Part shown: one piece after another, positions 1 through 10,281 of the stretch
Position numbering within the stretch: the first letter of the stretch is position 1
Layout: each line of letters starts with the position of its first letter
Virus record (IMG/VR): IMGVR_UViG_3300035181_002344
From: a virus
Reading direction: 5' to 3' (one strand)
Length of the DNA: 64,000 bases
Translations under genes and position numbers: made by a program
The notes under the pieces: model-generated
What the model was told of the DNA's origin: nothing
Databases searched by the model: none
What the model saw: only the letters and a program-made list of their open reading frames with translations

Positions 1-362
1 TAGCAGTTTATGTTGGTACACCAAAAGTTGGTAATTTGGTAACTTTTGATGCCGATTCTAACTTTATAACTGTTCCAACTTTGTCTCCTGTTAATACTGC
101 TACTGCTGAAGATATTAACAATGTTATTAATTATTTCAGCAAATTACATGGTCGTGTTCTTGGCAAAATTCTTTTTGTTGACGATAAATGGCCAAAAGAT
201 TATTTGGAATATGTTAAGACATGGAATCCAAAGACAACTACTAGTTCAGGCATCAATGTACCTCCTGGAAATGCCACTCAAGGGCTACCAGATATGTTAA
301 CATTTGCCGGTGTAACTAACCCTGCTAATGCAAAATTAGTAAGAATCAACGTAATCATCTAA
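1..362 (+). CDS. Capsid-associated (head decoration-like) protein, 5' partial
   Basis: The frame of ORF 36..362 is open back to the window start (AVYVGTPKVGNLVTFDADSN...). It lies immediately upstream of the major capsid gene; the function is inferred from position. Confidence 0.5.
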   Translation, partial: AVYVGTPKVGNLVTFDADSNFITVPTLSPVNTATAEDINNVINYFSKLHGRVLGKILFVDDKWPKDYLEYVKTWNPKTTTSSGINVPPGNATQGLPDMLTFAGVTNPANAKLVRINVII

Positions 363-399
363 TTCACATGAAAATGAATATTTCAAGGAGTAAATAATA

Positions 400-1674
400 A
401 TGCCTCAAGTTAAATTCAACGATGCGAGCGAATTCGAGTTTCTATTTAGAAACAACGGACTCTTAGCAGTTGCTGGCGAGGACGGTGCTGATGACAAACA
501 TTCTGTTGAGCATGTACCGATGTATGATGCGTTAGCTTATCCTGATGCGCCATATTTTATGCAAATAACTATAGAGAATATCGTTCGCGAAGCTGTCGAA
601 CCAATCCTTGTTGGATCGAAGCTCTTAACAACTATTAATTATAAAAACGGTCAAATAATTAGTCTTCCATCTATGGGAGCTATGTATGCCGCAGACATCG
701 ATGAAGGTTCAGAATATCCAGAAAAAGGGCTCAATTTTGGAGCTGGTGCTAGAATCGCTACAATTGGTAAAAGCGGTCTCGCATTCAAATTCACAGAAGA
801 AATGAAAAGATATAGCCAATATGATGTTGTTGCTATGTACCTTCGTGAAGCTGGTCGTGCTTTAGCTCGTCACAAAGAGCAAAAAATCTTCTCAATGATG
901 TCAAGAGTCGGCGTTACAACACATGACAACGTAAACCCATCTAATTCTATTTTCGGTGTAACAACCGGTCGTAACATGAGTGGTGCCCCAAATGGTGGTA
1001 TCGTTGCTGAAAACATTTTTGAAGCTTACGGTCAAGTATTAATGAATGGTTTCACTCCAGATTTAGTTGTTTGCCACCCATTATCATTCGTATTATTCGC
1101 TATGGATCCTGTTATGAGAGCTATGGCTTTACATACAGGTCAGGTAAATAATTGGCTTGCTGGTAGTCAACCAGGTTTATTAAATAAAGATCCATTTGCA
1201 AAAGGCGCATTAGGCGGACTTGGACCAAATGGTATCCCTGCTGGTACACATCCACTTTCTATATTAAATAACCCAACTCCTGTTAATCAATATGCTAATT
1301 TAACGGGCGGTTTACAATTGCCAAGTTATTTAGGATTGCCATTAACAGTGTTGGTTAGCCCATTTGTTCCTTTTGATCCCGTCACAAAACTCACAGATAT
1401 TTTTGTTGTTGATAGCAAAAATATTGGTGCTATTATTGTTGACGAACTTCCAACTTGGGAATCTGTTCCAGATAAACTTCGTGATATTGAAAAAATCAAA
1501 ATTCGCGAACGTTATTCAATTGCCCCAATGAACGAAGGTCGTGCTGTTGGCGTGATTAAAAATGTTAAAGTTGCTCCAAATGAATTGGTTACTCCTGCTA
1601 TGGCATTCTCACCTACTGTAAATGCTATTAGTAGAGGATCACAGTTGTTAAATTCTAATGGAACATTGCACTAA
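400..1674 (+). CDS. Major capsid protein (HK97-fold-like)
   Basis: 424 aa with SD AAGGAG. Segments IDEGSEYPE, IGKSGLAFKFTEEMKRYSQYDVV..AGRALARHKEQKIF and IKIRERYSIAPMNEG resemble HK97-type capsids. Followed by a terminator. Confidence 0.88.
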   Translation: MPQVKFNDASEFEFLFRNNGLLAVAGEDGADDKHSVEHVPMYDALAYPDAPYFMQITIENIVREAVEPILVGSKLLTTINYKNGQIISLPSMGAMYAADIDEGSEYPEKGLNFGAGARIATIGKSGLAFKFTEEMKRYSQYDVVAMYLREAGRALARHKEQKIFSMMSRVGVTTHDNVNPSNSIFGVTTGRNMSGAPNGGIVAENIFEAYGQVLMNGFTPDLVVCHPLSFVLFAMDPVMRAMALHTGQVNNWLAGSQPGLLNKDPFAKGALGGLGPNGIPAGTHPLSILNNPTPVNQYANLTGGLQLPSYLGLPLTVLVSPFVPFDPVTKLTDIFVVDSKNIGAIIVDELPTWESVPDKLRDIEKIKIRERYSIAPMNEGRAVGVIKNVKVAPNELVTPAMAFSPTVNAISRGSQLLNSNGTLH

Positions 1675-1683
1675 TTAATATGT

Positions 1684-1714
1684 GCCCCGTTTGAAATATA
1701 ACGGGGCCTTTTAT
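1684..1714 (+). terminator. Intrinsic terminator after capsid gene
   Basis: Stem GCCCCGTT (1684-1691) / AACGGGGC (1700-1707), followed by CTTTTATA. Confidence 0.8.
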
Positions 1715-1731
1715 AACGATGGAGAAATTAA

Positions 1732-2385
1732 ATGGCAGAAATTACAATAAGTTTAGCTAGTATTAAATATCCAGGAATAGATGAACCTATAATGAACCCC
1801 TTCTGGTTTTCATCGGAGGACAATATACATCTATCCAGAGATACAAAACAATCGTTGGTTGTTGACACAGATAAATTAAAAGATCGAACTCTTTTTGAGA
1901 TTAGAAACGCAATGCGTTTAAGCTTGATTGATGTTGATAAAGCTGAAGAATTTGAAAAGCTTTTCATAACAGATACTGTTGACCAACAAGCTACACAAGA
2001 AAAACAAGAAACCCCACCATCTAATAATGTAGAAGTTAAAAAACCTAAATCTGCAATTTTAACTGATTCAGAAAAAGCAAAGAAATTGCTTTCTTTATCT
2101 GTTGCAAAAATAATTGAAAATATAGGTTCAGCAGAAATTATAGATGGTCATTTGCAATCTGGAATATCAGATTTCCAATATCTTAAAACACTCTTAACTG
2201 CAGAAACAAATGGCAAGAACCGCAAAAACATTGTCAATACTATTAAAGCACGTATGGATAGTGTAGCTCAAGTTAATGTTTTACAGAATAGTAATTCTCT
2301 CGAAGATTTTGAAGATGTTGATGAAGAAAAATTTGAAATTACAGAAGATGGTAAAATAAACCATTTGGCAGAGGAAAATAAATAA
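1732..2385 (+). CDS. Hypothetical head-region protein
   Basis: 217 aa with SD GGAGA. Motif LLTAETNGKNRKNIVNTIKARM resembles small helical modules seen after capsid genes; acidic C-terminus. Confidence 0.55.
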   Translation: MAEITISLASIKYPGIDEPIMNPFWFSSEDNIHLSRDTKQSLVVDTDKLKDRTLFEIRNAMRLSLIDVDKAEEFEKLFITDTVDQQATQEKQETPPSNNVEVKKPKSAILTDSEKAKKLLSLSVAKIIENIGSAEIIDGHLQSGISDFQYLKTLLTAETNGKNRKNIVNTIKARMDSVAQVNVLQNSNSLEDFEDVDEEKFEITEDGKINHLAEENK

Positions 2386-3764
2386 TGCGCATAGTATCAA
2401 CAGATCCCGCTCAAAATGCAACAAATGTTAGTCAGTTAACATCGATAACTGTTGTATTTGATCTCGATATCAAACCGGACTCAGTTGATAAATCAAGCTT
2501 AGTTGTTTCTTTCGCTGATACAAAAATTCTTGTACCAAATCAAATTCAACCAAGTTCAGATACATATAAAACTGACGCTATATTTAAACAATCCGGAATG
2601 AACTCTTTTGTTGACGGAGATGTTTATATAGACAATGCTGATCATAAAAAATTAATATTTAAGCCAAAATTTAAACTTGACCCGAATACTAATTATACAG
2701 TCTACATTTCTCAAGGTATTGCTGGAACAGACTCCTCTATTCTCGGCGGAATTAAAAAATTTACCTTCAAAACTACAGAAGAAGATATAGCTGAGCCAAT
2801 TCCAGATGTTCCGCAATCAAATATAATCATTGGCAATAATGTTATAATCAATTCAAATCAAATTTCTACAATGCGTATTGCCAATACATTACCAAGAGAA
2901 AATTCAGTGATGGTTGGTAATCAAACGCTGATATTTACTTTTACAGAAAATATTAATGCCAGCAAATTTGATAAAAATAATAATATTTCTATTTATGTAG
3001 AAGAGATTCTAAGCGATTATCCTGCTTATAAAGCAGATGTCGCAATATACACTGCGACTGTATCGGACAAAACTTTAACAATTACATTTAATTCTTCGTT
3101 GGCAGAAGAATGTCAATATACTGTGGTTTTAGCAGATATTGAAAGTGAGAGTGGTGCAAAATTAGACTCTTATGAGTTTAATTTCTTAACACAAATGATC
3201 CCATATTATACTTCGATAGCCTCTATCCGCTTATTAGCAGGTTCGATTTTAGGTAAGATTTCTGATTTTGAAATAGCAAAGTTAATTTATTGGATAAGTC
3301 AAGAAGCCGATATTAAATTAAAAAAGCTAAAAATTATACCAGAGCCCGATTTTTCTCATATCCGTGCTAAATGGGTAATGTATTCTGTGCTTGAAAGAAT
3401 TTTATCACGCGATTTTGATGATCCTGCATTTGCAAATATTAAAAAACAACTCGGTGATTTTGTAATTCAAGTTGATTCATCGAATACAGTAAAATTGTTC
3501 AACAATTTAATGCAAGAAGTTAGAGACTTCAAACGTGCATTTGCTGATATGCTTAATTTCAGACTATCTACTGGAATAGCTGAATTAAGAGGTGCTAATC
3601 CATCTGACGAATCTATTCGTTTGTGGAAACGCGGAATACAACCCGGTCTAAATACTGTCGATACTAGAGCCCGTAAATTGATATGGGACGAAATTGCCAC
3701 TCCTCTAGCCTTTATTACTAGAAGCAGATATGAACTAATGGAATATGAAATAAATCAAAGTTAA
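2385..3764 (+). CDS. Ig-like (Big_5-type) domains fused to putative head-tail adaptor
   Basis: Two Ig-like units (IVSTDPAQNATNV..ITVVFD..LDPNTNYTVYI; IANTLPREN..LIFTFTENI..YTVVL). Then a helical adaptor-like region (YYTSIASIR..KKQLGDFVIQV). Neck position in gene order. Confidence 0.65.
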   Translation: MRIVSTDPAQNATNVSQLTSITVVFDLDIKPDSVDKSSLVVSFADTKILVPNQIQPSSDTYKTDAIFKQSGMNSFVDGDVYIDNADHKKLIFKPKFKLDPNTNYTVYISQGIAGTDSSILGGIKKFTFKTTEEDIAEPIPDVPQSNIIIGNNVIINSNQISTMRIANTLPRENSVMVGNQTLIFTFTENINASKFDKNNNISIYVEEILSDYPAYKADVAIYTATVSDKTLTITFNSSLAEECQYTVVLADIESESGAKLDSYEFNFLTQMIPYYTSIASIRLLAGSILGKISDFEIAKLIYWISQEADIKLKKLKIIPEPDFSHIRAKWVMYSVLERILSRDFDDPAFANIKKQLGDFVIQVDSSNTVKLFNNLMQEVRDFKRAFADMLNFRLSTGIAELRGANPSDESIRLWKRGIQPGLNTVDTRARKLIWDEIATPLAFITRSRYELMEYEINQS

Positions 3765-3769
3765 CATAA

Positions 3770-4309
3770 ATGAATTATGGTTTTGAAGATATTGTAGATG
3801 GCATGCCTTTGGCTGCTGATATAAGTATTAGAGACCTTGTCCACAATACTTTATATGGTACAGAAAAAGAAATGCCCCGTGGAAGATGGCTTGTTTGGCA
3901 AAAACTTAAAAGAGACTCAGAAGGACAAGCAATTAAAAGCCCATTTGTTTATAAAATAACCGAAGAAGGCAAATATAGAGACCGCGGATATGCTACAACA
4001 AGAACTGGTTATTTATGTGATGAATATTTAATCCGTGGATTTATAACTCCTCCCTCAACACGTTTAGCATTAGATGAAACACAGGCTCCAGTGGGCGTTA
4101 TGCCAAACAACAGAGTAATAATATGGACGTCTTATAAAGATGCTATTCATGCAAATGATATCATTATACTTCCTAAAATTGATACCGATGGAAATTTAAT
4201 TAATCCAGTAGCCATAGATATGGAATATATGATAACCATGGTTTATAATAAAACATTAGATAATGGTCGTCTTGAGTTTTTTCAAGCCGTCGGAGAAATA
4301 CAAAAATAA
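3770..4309 (+). CDS. Putative head-closure (neck) protein
   Basis: 179 aa at the neck position; C-terminal DIIILP..EYMITMVY..DNGRLEFF pattern. Confidence 0.5.
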   Translation: MNYGFEDIVDGMPLAADISIRDLVHNTLYGTEKEMPRGRWLVWQKLKRDSEGQAIKSPFVYKITEEGKYRDRGYATTRTGYLCDEYLIRGFITPPSTRLALDETQAPVGVMPNNRVIIWTSYKDAIHANDIIILPKIDTDGNLINPVAIDMEYMITMVYNKTLDNGRLEFFQAVGEIQK

Positions 4310-5001
4310 TGGCACGTTTTATTCCATACAACCCAGATCAACGTATTGGCGAAATAATAGTTCGCATTTTAGATAATATCGGTGGTATCGAAACTACCAA
4401 AGAGGAATATCAGGGTGTTGTTGGCTACGACCTTGATACATTGCTAGATGATGTAAAAGACTTATTAACCAACTATAAAAAAGTAAAACCAGATGATTTA
4501 AAGGACTTTTCTTTTATGCCAAATTATGCATATGGTATAGTGCCTGAAGACGAAGGTAATTCGATTCGATATTCAGTCGTCAGACGTACAAATGGCGTTA
4601 TTTCAAGAACTAGCGAACCACATGAAGGTGTGCAAGTTCAAAAATATATGCTTAGAGATATAATGGCAGATAAAGAAAATCCAGGATATAAAGTTCTTAT
4701 CTATGAAAAACCGATGGATAATACCATTGACTTCGTAAGCTGGTCAAAAAACTACCGAGATGCGCATCGAGGTGCTGAGCTTTTCGAAGAATTAATGGAA
4801 ACCTATGCTTCGGTTCTAAAAGGTAAGGGATTGATACAAATGCGTTATTTAGGACGAATGAATGATTTATACAGAGAGTATGCAAACTATTCATTATATG
4901 GTGCACCTCTTCGTTTCTTTTTTCGTACAAATAAGCTAAAGATCGTTTATGAAAAAGTATTAGAAACGTTAATTATCGAAACAATAATCAATAAAACATA
5001 A
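4309..5001 (+). CDS. Putative tail terminator/completion protein
   Basis: 230 aa directly upstream of the sheath; DNTIDFVSWSKNYRDAHRGAELFEELM pattern. Confidence 0.55.
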   Translation: MARFIPYNPDQRIGEIIVRILDNIGGIETTKEEYQGVVGYDLDTLLDDVKDLLTNYKKVKPDDLKDFSFMPNYAYGIVPEDEGNSIRYSVVRRTNGVISRTSEPHEGVQVQKYMLRDIMADKENPGYKVLIYEKPMDNTIDFVSWSKNYRDAHRGAELFEELMETYASVLKGKGLIQMRYLGRMNDLYREYANYSLYGAPLRFFFRTNKLKIVYEKVLETLIIETIINKT

Positions 5002-5017
5002 TTGGAGGATTCAGCTA

Positions 5018-7099
5018 ATGCCTGTATATCGTAATTTACCTGGTATCAGAGTATTTAAAGAAGACCAAAATCTTTTGGTTGCCGAAATGATACCTGGCGA
5101 GCTAACAGTCGTAATTGGCACTTCCCCAGCAGGACCGCGAGAACAGCTATATCTTGTTAGAGATCCACAAACAGCGATGTTTACTTTTGATCCAGAGGGA
5201 TCTCAAGAAGGAACTTTAATTCAGGGAATGCTTGAAGCTGGCGAATCCGGTTCGAGATATCTTGCCTTATTTAGAATCGGTTCTACCCCTGCAATCTTAG
5301 ATTTTGTAAATGGATATAAAATACAAGTCGAAGATGGAAGCTCAGTCAAAATATTTTACGATTTTTCTTCTGGTGCGCATGATCTTAAATTAACACATGC
5401 AGTAACTGGAGAAGTCGTATATGATAATATCAACGGTATTGATACCGGATTTGCTATTGTAGATTTTAATAAAGAAATAACAAACTCTGCCGTCTCCATC
5501 GGCACAGAGAGTAGCCCCGTTGTCTTAAGTTCTGTCAACACTGCAATTGGTGCCGCAAACAGCATCACATATGCAGCAGGTGCAAAAACAATCAGCTATC
5601 CATCTGCTGTTTTACCATTAGCTGCTGGTATGATAATAACAATTACCGGCGGAGATACTGCAGATGATGGAGATTATGAAGTCCTATATGTTAAAGACGA
5701 AAAAGCTACATTGGTTAGTAAAAAAGTTGGTGACAAATGGGTTCCATTTGATGGATTTACTGCCAAAAATGCTGACGATACAAAAGGACAGATTAAAACT
5801 CGTTATTTTGCTCAAAATGATGGTACAAAATTAACTCAAATGGAAATGTTTGAAGCTCTTGCTAAGGCATATTTTGAGTTAGAAAATATCCAATGTGATA
5901 TGGTAATACCAGCTAGTGTTTATGTAGACGCGCCTAATTTAGTAAATAATATTGGACAAATAGCCGTACCTGCTGAAGAAGATTTTTTAGGCATGGTTTA
6001 TCAATTTGAACATGAAGGTGAGTTATTCCACATATGGAAGACCGGGGCTAATGTCTCTGATAGAATTGTACCAAAACCATATGCTTTAGGTATAGATGGA
6101 GTTCATGCAGAAAAGTTAGTAGATGGTAACTATCCTTATGAAGTTATCATGAATGATACTCCGCTTTCAGGTTTAACCGAAAGCGATAAAATAGTTAAGT
6201 TTAATGAAGCAAATTTTGCTCATCAATTAGGCGAATATCTTTATGGTTTGTCGCTTAATCAAACTGAAGCTCTTGGTTCAATTGCTATGAGACCACCAAC
6301 ATCATTGGTTAAAAGAGAAGTTGTTAAATGGGTTGGAAAAGCTCCAATAACTGATGCTAATGGAAACATAACGGTCTCTGGAACTGGATTACTTGGTTAT
6401 AAATATATGGCTGGTTCTACTGGTGTTAAAGCTGGTTTTTACCATACAGCTACTGGATTTGTTGATGGTGATGCAGTTTTGGATCATACTGGCAAACCTG
6501 TAGATTTAGGTAAATATTTAGTGATTACTGCTCTTCCATTGATTCATACTGGAGCTGCAGCTAATACTGCTGCTGGATATTTAGGTGGAGCTGCTGCTGA
6601 TTACGCTGGATTTATCATGAGTCTTGATGAAAAAGATGCCCCAACAAATAAAAAAATGAAATCTACTCTATCCTTGCCAATTGCATTGCAATTAAAGAAT
6701 AGCTTGATTGATCAACTTGTTGGAACTCGCTACACAGTATTCGCATCATCTTTTGATAATTCTGTAAAAGTTGTAGATGCACCTACAGCTGCTAGACCAA
6801 ATAGTGATTATACTAGAGTACTTACCGTTAGAATAGTTGCACTTGCTATTGATATGGCAAGAAAGATTGCCGAACCTTTTATCGGCGGCTTAAATAATGG
6901 TGAGATTCGTAACGCTCTTGAAGAACAAGAAAATTCGATGCTTCATAATTTGAAACAATTTGGGTATTTGAATGCTGGTTTAGCTCAAGTGCGTGCTACA
7001 CGTGATCAAGAAATCAAAGGTGAAGGTATAATGAGATTAATCTTAAATGTACCTGGTGAATTGAGACAATTATATATTTATGTAAATTTAACTAAATAA
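5018..7099 (+). CDS. Tail sheath protein
   Basis: 693 aa with SD GGAGG. N-terminal LPGIRVFKED..VVIGTSPAGP; C-terminal DYTRVLTVRIV..EPFIGGLN..GELRQLYIYVNL. Directly upstream of the tube gene. Confidence 0.88.
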   Translation: MPVYRNLPGIRVFKEDQNLLVAEMIPGELTVVIGTSPAGPREQLYLVRDPQTAMFTFDPEGSQEGTLIQGMLEAGESGSRYLALFRIGSTPAILDFVNGYKIQVEDGSSVKIFYDFSSGAHDLKLTHAVTGEVVYDNINGIDTGFAIVDFNKEITNSAVSIGTESSPVVLSSVNTAIGAANSITYAAGAKTISYPSAVLPLAAGMIITITGGDTADDGDYEVLYVKDEKATLVSKKVGDKWVPFDGFTAKNADDTKGQIKTRYFAQNDGTKLTQMEMFEALAKAYFELENIQCDMVIPASVYVDAPNLVNNIGQIAVPAEEDFLGMVYQFEHEGELFHIWKTGANVSDRIVPKPYALGIDGVHAEKLVDGNYPYEVIMNDTPLSGLTESDKIVKFNEANFAHQLGEYLYGLSLNQTEALGSIAMRPPTSLVKREVVKWVGKAPITDANGNITVSGTGLLGYKYMAGSTGVKAGFYHTATGFVDGDAVLDHTGKPVDLGKYLVITALPLIHTGAAANTAAGYLGGAAADYAGFIMSLDEKDAPTNKKMKSTLSLPIALQLKNSLIDQLVGTRYTVFASSFDNSVKVVDAPTAARPNSDYTRVLTVRIVALAIDMARKIAEPFIGGLNNGEIRNALEEQENSMLHNLKQFGYLNAGLAQVRATRDQEIKGEGIMRLILNVPGELRQLYIYVNLTK

Positions 7100-7110
7100 G
7101 GAGATTGTAA

Positions 7111-7719
7111 ATGGCAGATTTAAAAACATATAGTTCATTCTCTGGTGCAGATATTACTGCTGTTATGGCCGGAAAACTATTTGCTACTTTGCAAGCGATC
7201 TCCTATTCTGTTACACGCGAAAAAGGCCCAGTTTACACAATGGGCTCTCCTGATCCGCGTGCTTTTGCTCGTGGAAAAAGAGCTATCGCTGGTACACTAG
7301 TATTTGTGACTATAGATAAATCATCGTTAATTGGAGGATTCCTTGAAGCTGATATGCCAGCAGACAACAAAAAGTTCTATGGCAAAAAAGTAGATTCTCG
7401 CGCATCTTATACAAATGTCGACACACAATTTGATAACACTACTTCTTTTGAAACTATATCTGGTAGTGATATTGAAGCAAATGTTGGAGCTGCTGCCGAA
7501 TATATTGATATCTACTATGCTGATCAAATACTTCCTTTTAATGTAAATTTATCTGCTGTGAATGAAGCTGGAGAAATTGCAAAGAAATCTATCATCGGCG
7601 TTGAATTAATGAACGAAGGTGGTGGAGTAAGTGTTGATGATTTAGTACTTGAAGAACAATATACCTACATATGTCGCTATATTACTCCATGGATGAAGGT
7701 CACTAGATCTAAATCTTAA
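7111..7719 (+). CDS. Major tail tube protein
   Basis: SFSGADITAV..LQAISYSVTREKGPVYTMG..RGKRAIAGTLVF..GVELMNEGGGVSVDDLVLEEQYTYI. Follows the sheath; SD AAGGAG. Confidence 0.82.
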   Translation: MADLKTYSSFSGADITAVMAGKLFATLQAISYSVTREKGPVYTMGSPDPRAFARGKRAIAGTLVFVTIDKSSLIGGFLEADMPADNKKFYGKKVDSRASYTNVDTQFDNTTSFETISGSDIEANVGAAAEYIDIYYADQILPFNVNLSAVNEAGEIAKKSIIGVELMNEGGGVSVDDLVLEEQYTYICRYITPWMKVTRSKS

Positions 7720-7746
7720 TAATTCGAGTATTAAAATCGATTTTAT

Positions 7747-7790
7747 GAGCCCCGCAGGTGTTTTAGAAGCTGGCGGGGCTTTTTTTATTT
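7747..7790 (+). terminator. Intrinsic terminator after tube gene
   Basis: AGCCCCGC...GCGGGGCT stem followed by a T-run. Confidence 0.75.
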
Positions 7791-7845
7791 GATTTTTCTT
7801 TTGCACATCAAGTAATTAGGTTATCATTTTTTAAGGAATTATATT

Positions 7846-8184
7846 ATGGTAGTAGCACGTATTGGTGAAACAATTTTTGCAGATATTCAAAACTTAGAAT
7901 TAGAGCATTCGCTCAAAGGCAAAAGATATTTTACTAAGTTTTTAAATAAACGCAACTTACGTGGTGGTACTTTATCTGTTAAACGTAATTTAGCTCCATC
8001 AAATGCCGACATTGGTCCTTGCGAATTAGATATTATTGATGAAAAAGAATTTGAAATTAGAAGCTTTGTTGACATTAAATTTTTTGATATTGAAAAAGAA
8101 AAACAAGGCATACTGCTTGAGGTTCCACATACTGCATTGAGAACCGATACGGAATACCTATTTGCTGGAAAAGAAATTATATAA
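7846..8184 (+). CDS. Small, divergent tail-tube-like protein
   Basis: VVARIGETIFADIQNLE..RGGTL..PCELDI..FVDIKF..TEYLFAGKEI loosely parallels the tube protein motif order. Confidence 0.4.
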   Translation: MVVARIGETIFADIQNLELEHSLKGKRYFTKFLNKRNLRGGTLSVKRNLAPSNADIGPCELDIIDEKEFEIRSFVDIKFFDIEKEKQGILLEVPHTALRTDTEYLFAGKEII

Positions 8185-8200
8185 TTTTAATGGGAGATAA

Positions 8201-8977
8201 ATGTACGCAGATGAACCTATAGAAAAAGGAATTATTAAAACTACATACTCTGGTGCGGATATTATTGTCTATGCTGTTGTATCTCCAAATGAGCTTTTAA
8301 AAGCTATTTCTCAATGGAATAACTTTCATGAAGAAATAGACCCGCAACTTGATGTTTTACGAACACCAGGAGATGAAGAAACAGCCGCAAAAGCCAAAGA
8401 AATTGAGAACAGTCTTATCAAAAAAGATATTGAGATGAAAAATGAGATTGGCAAACATTATAAACGTCTTGCCGAACTACAAACATGTTCTTATTCAATA
8501 TACAGAGGTAAAGAGCAGGTAAAGGCTTTAGGTCAATCTCAGCCAAGAGGTTATACCAGAGGCTATGTTACAATAGCTGGAACAATGATATTTACTGTAT
8601 TCGATAGAGCTGTATTGGCAGAGCTAATAAAAATGGATTATAATGAATCTGATTATCGAGAGATAAGAATAGATCAACTACCTCCATTAGATATTTTTAT
8701 TATCTTTACCAATGAATTTGGTCAGACTTCAAAACTTGCTTTATTTGGTGTTGAATTTATGAATGAGGGGCAAGTTATGTCTGTCTCAGATTTAATCACT
8801 GAAAACTCTGTTAACTATGTTGCTAGACATTTTCAGCGGATGGAGAATATTAGTTCTATATATCCAGATTACAAAGATATCGCTTTTATCAATAGCTTCA
8901 ATTTTAGACAGTTACCTGTCGATGCATATAACCAGGCATATAACGAAATTAAATCACTAAAGAAGTATTTCCTATGA
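8201..8977 (+). CDS. Tail tube paralog (tube initiator-like)
   Basis: TYSGADIIV..LQTCSYSIYRGK..RGYVTIAGTMIF..DQLPPLDI..GVEFMNEGQVMSVSDLITE is clearly homologous to 7111..7719. Confidence 0.75.
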   Translation: MYADEPIEKGIIKTTYSGADIIVYAVVSPNELLKAISQWNNFHEEIDPQLDVLRTPGDEETAAKAKEIENSLIKKDIEMKNEIGKHYKRLAELQTCSYSIYRGKEQVKALGQSQPRGYTRGYVTIAGTMIFTVFDRAVLAELIKMDYNESDYREIRIDQLPPLDIFIIFTNEFGQTSKLALFGVEFMNEGQVMSVSDLITENSVNYVARHFQRMENISSIYPDYKDIAFINSFNFRQLPVDAYNQAYNEIKSLKKYFL

Positions 8978-9756
8978 GCACACTATATAATTTAGACGGA
9001 AAACCCAAGCCAACAAATAATCTAATGGGCAATTCTATTGTTTATGAAACTCAAGATGTTGTCGCTACTCAACCGAAACCAGAGACACAGGTTGACAAAG
9101 GTAACCAGTTTCAAACTATATATTTTACTGGTGCACAAACACGTATACAAATTGGCGAATACTATCTTGACGATATTGCCGAAGTTGAAGGTTTATATCA
9201 ATATGGTCGCACGCCAATTTATTCATATGCTTCAAAGCATTTTAATACTGCTGCACAAGGAAGAGTTTTTGTTACTGGAAGTTTAATTATAAATTTTAGG
9301 TTTGATGGCTATTTATATGCATTTATTAAAGCTGCATCATCCGATGGCAAAAATGGACGTAAAGTTATAGACGACTTATTAAAATCAGCCGCTCCACCCT
9401 CTCAAGTTATAAAGCAAATAGAAAGAAGAGAGGGTAATTCAAAAGATTATATCAATGCTACAGTTAATAAATACACCTCAATTCAAGAAGGAATTAACGA
9501 TAATGATATCAAAGCTTTTCAAGAAACTTATTGGAACTCAGAAAAGCCACAAAATTTTCTTAGTGCTGATGCTCGTCCAGAATTTAGAGTACCATTTGAT
9601 ATCATTGTAAAAGATTTTAGAGTTGGATATGATAATGAGAATTATCAAGAAAGAACAATTAAAAATTGCTTTTTAACTTCCAATGGATCAGTACGTAGAG
9701 TAGATGATTCTCCAGTTGTCGAAGTATATCAATTTATAGCGCAATCAATTATTTAA
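8974..9756 (+). CDS. Tail tube paralog (baseplate-proximal)
   Basis: YFTGAQTRIQI..RTPIYSYAS..QGRVFVTGSLIINF..PFDII..VVEVYQFIAQSI matches the tube motif order. Confidence 0.65.
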   Translation: MSTLYNLDGKPKPTNNLMGNSIVYETQDVVATQPKPETQVDKGNQFQTIYFTGAQTRIQIGEYYLDDIAEVEGLYQYGRTPIYSYASKHFNTAAQGRVFVTGSLIINFRFDGYLYAFIKAASSDGKNGRKVIDDLLKSAAPPSQVIKQIERREGNSKDYINATVNKYTSIQEGINDNDIKAFQETYWNSEKPQNFLSADARPEFRVPFDIIVKDFRVGYDNENYQERTIKNCFLTSNGSVRRVDDSPVVEVYQFIAQSII

Positions 9757-9779
9757 TAACAAAATAGGCAATAACATCA

Positions 9780-10280
9780 ATGGAAAAAAAAGAAACGACA
9801 TTTGCTGATGAAATGCTCAACTTAGAAAATAAACTTAATGCTAAAGAAGAAGCTTTAGAACAAGTTGAAGCAGAAGCAAAGGAAGAGTCCAAAAAGGCTG
9901 AGAAATCAGAAAGCGAATATTTATTAGAACTGATTTCTAAAGAAGGCGGACCAACAATGGATCAGATAGAGCAGTGGAAAGAAAAATTCCGTGACAAAGT
10001 CTATGCAGTTTATTTTGATAAAAAAGACTTTTATATTTTCCGCTATCTTACAAGAGTTGAATGGAAAGAAATTTCAGCACAAATTAGCCAAATGAAAACT
10101 CCGAATGAAACTATTATTGATGAGCTTATTGTGCAAAAAGCTCTCTTATATCCCACTTATGATACAGAATTACGCGCTTTAGCTGGCGCTGGTACATTTG
10201 AAACATTATCTAAACAAATACGCTATGCCAGCAATTTTGTTCCAGATGAACTTGCTCTTAGAATGATTGTAAAGATATAA
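9780..10280 (+). CDS. Tail assembly chaperone
   Basis: Lies between tube and tape measure; IEQWKEKF..YIFRYLTRVEWKEI..AGTFETLSKQIRYASNF. Confidence 0.65.
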   Translation: MEKKETTFADEMLNLENKLNAKEEALEQVEAEAKEESKKAEKSESEYLLELISKEGGPTMDQIEQWKEKFRDKVYAVYFDKKDFYIFRYLTRVEWKEISAQISQMKTPNETIIDELIVQKALLYPTYDTELRALAGAGTFETLSKQIRYASNFVPDELALRMIVKI

Positions 10281-10281
10281 T

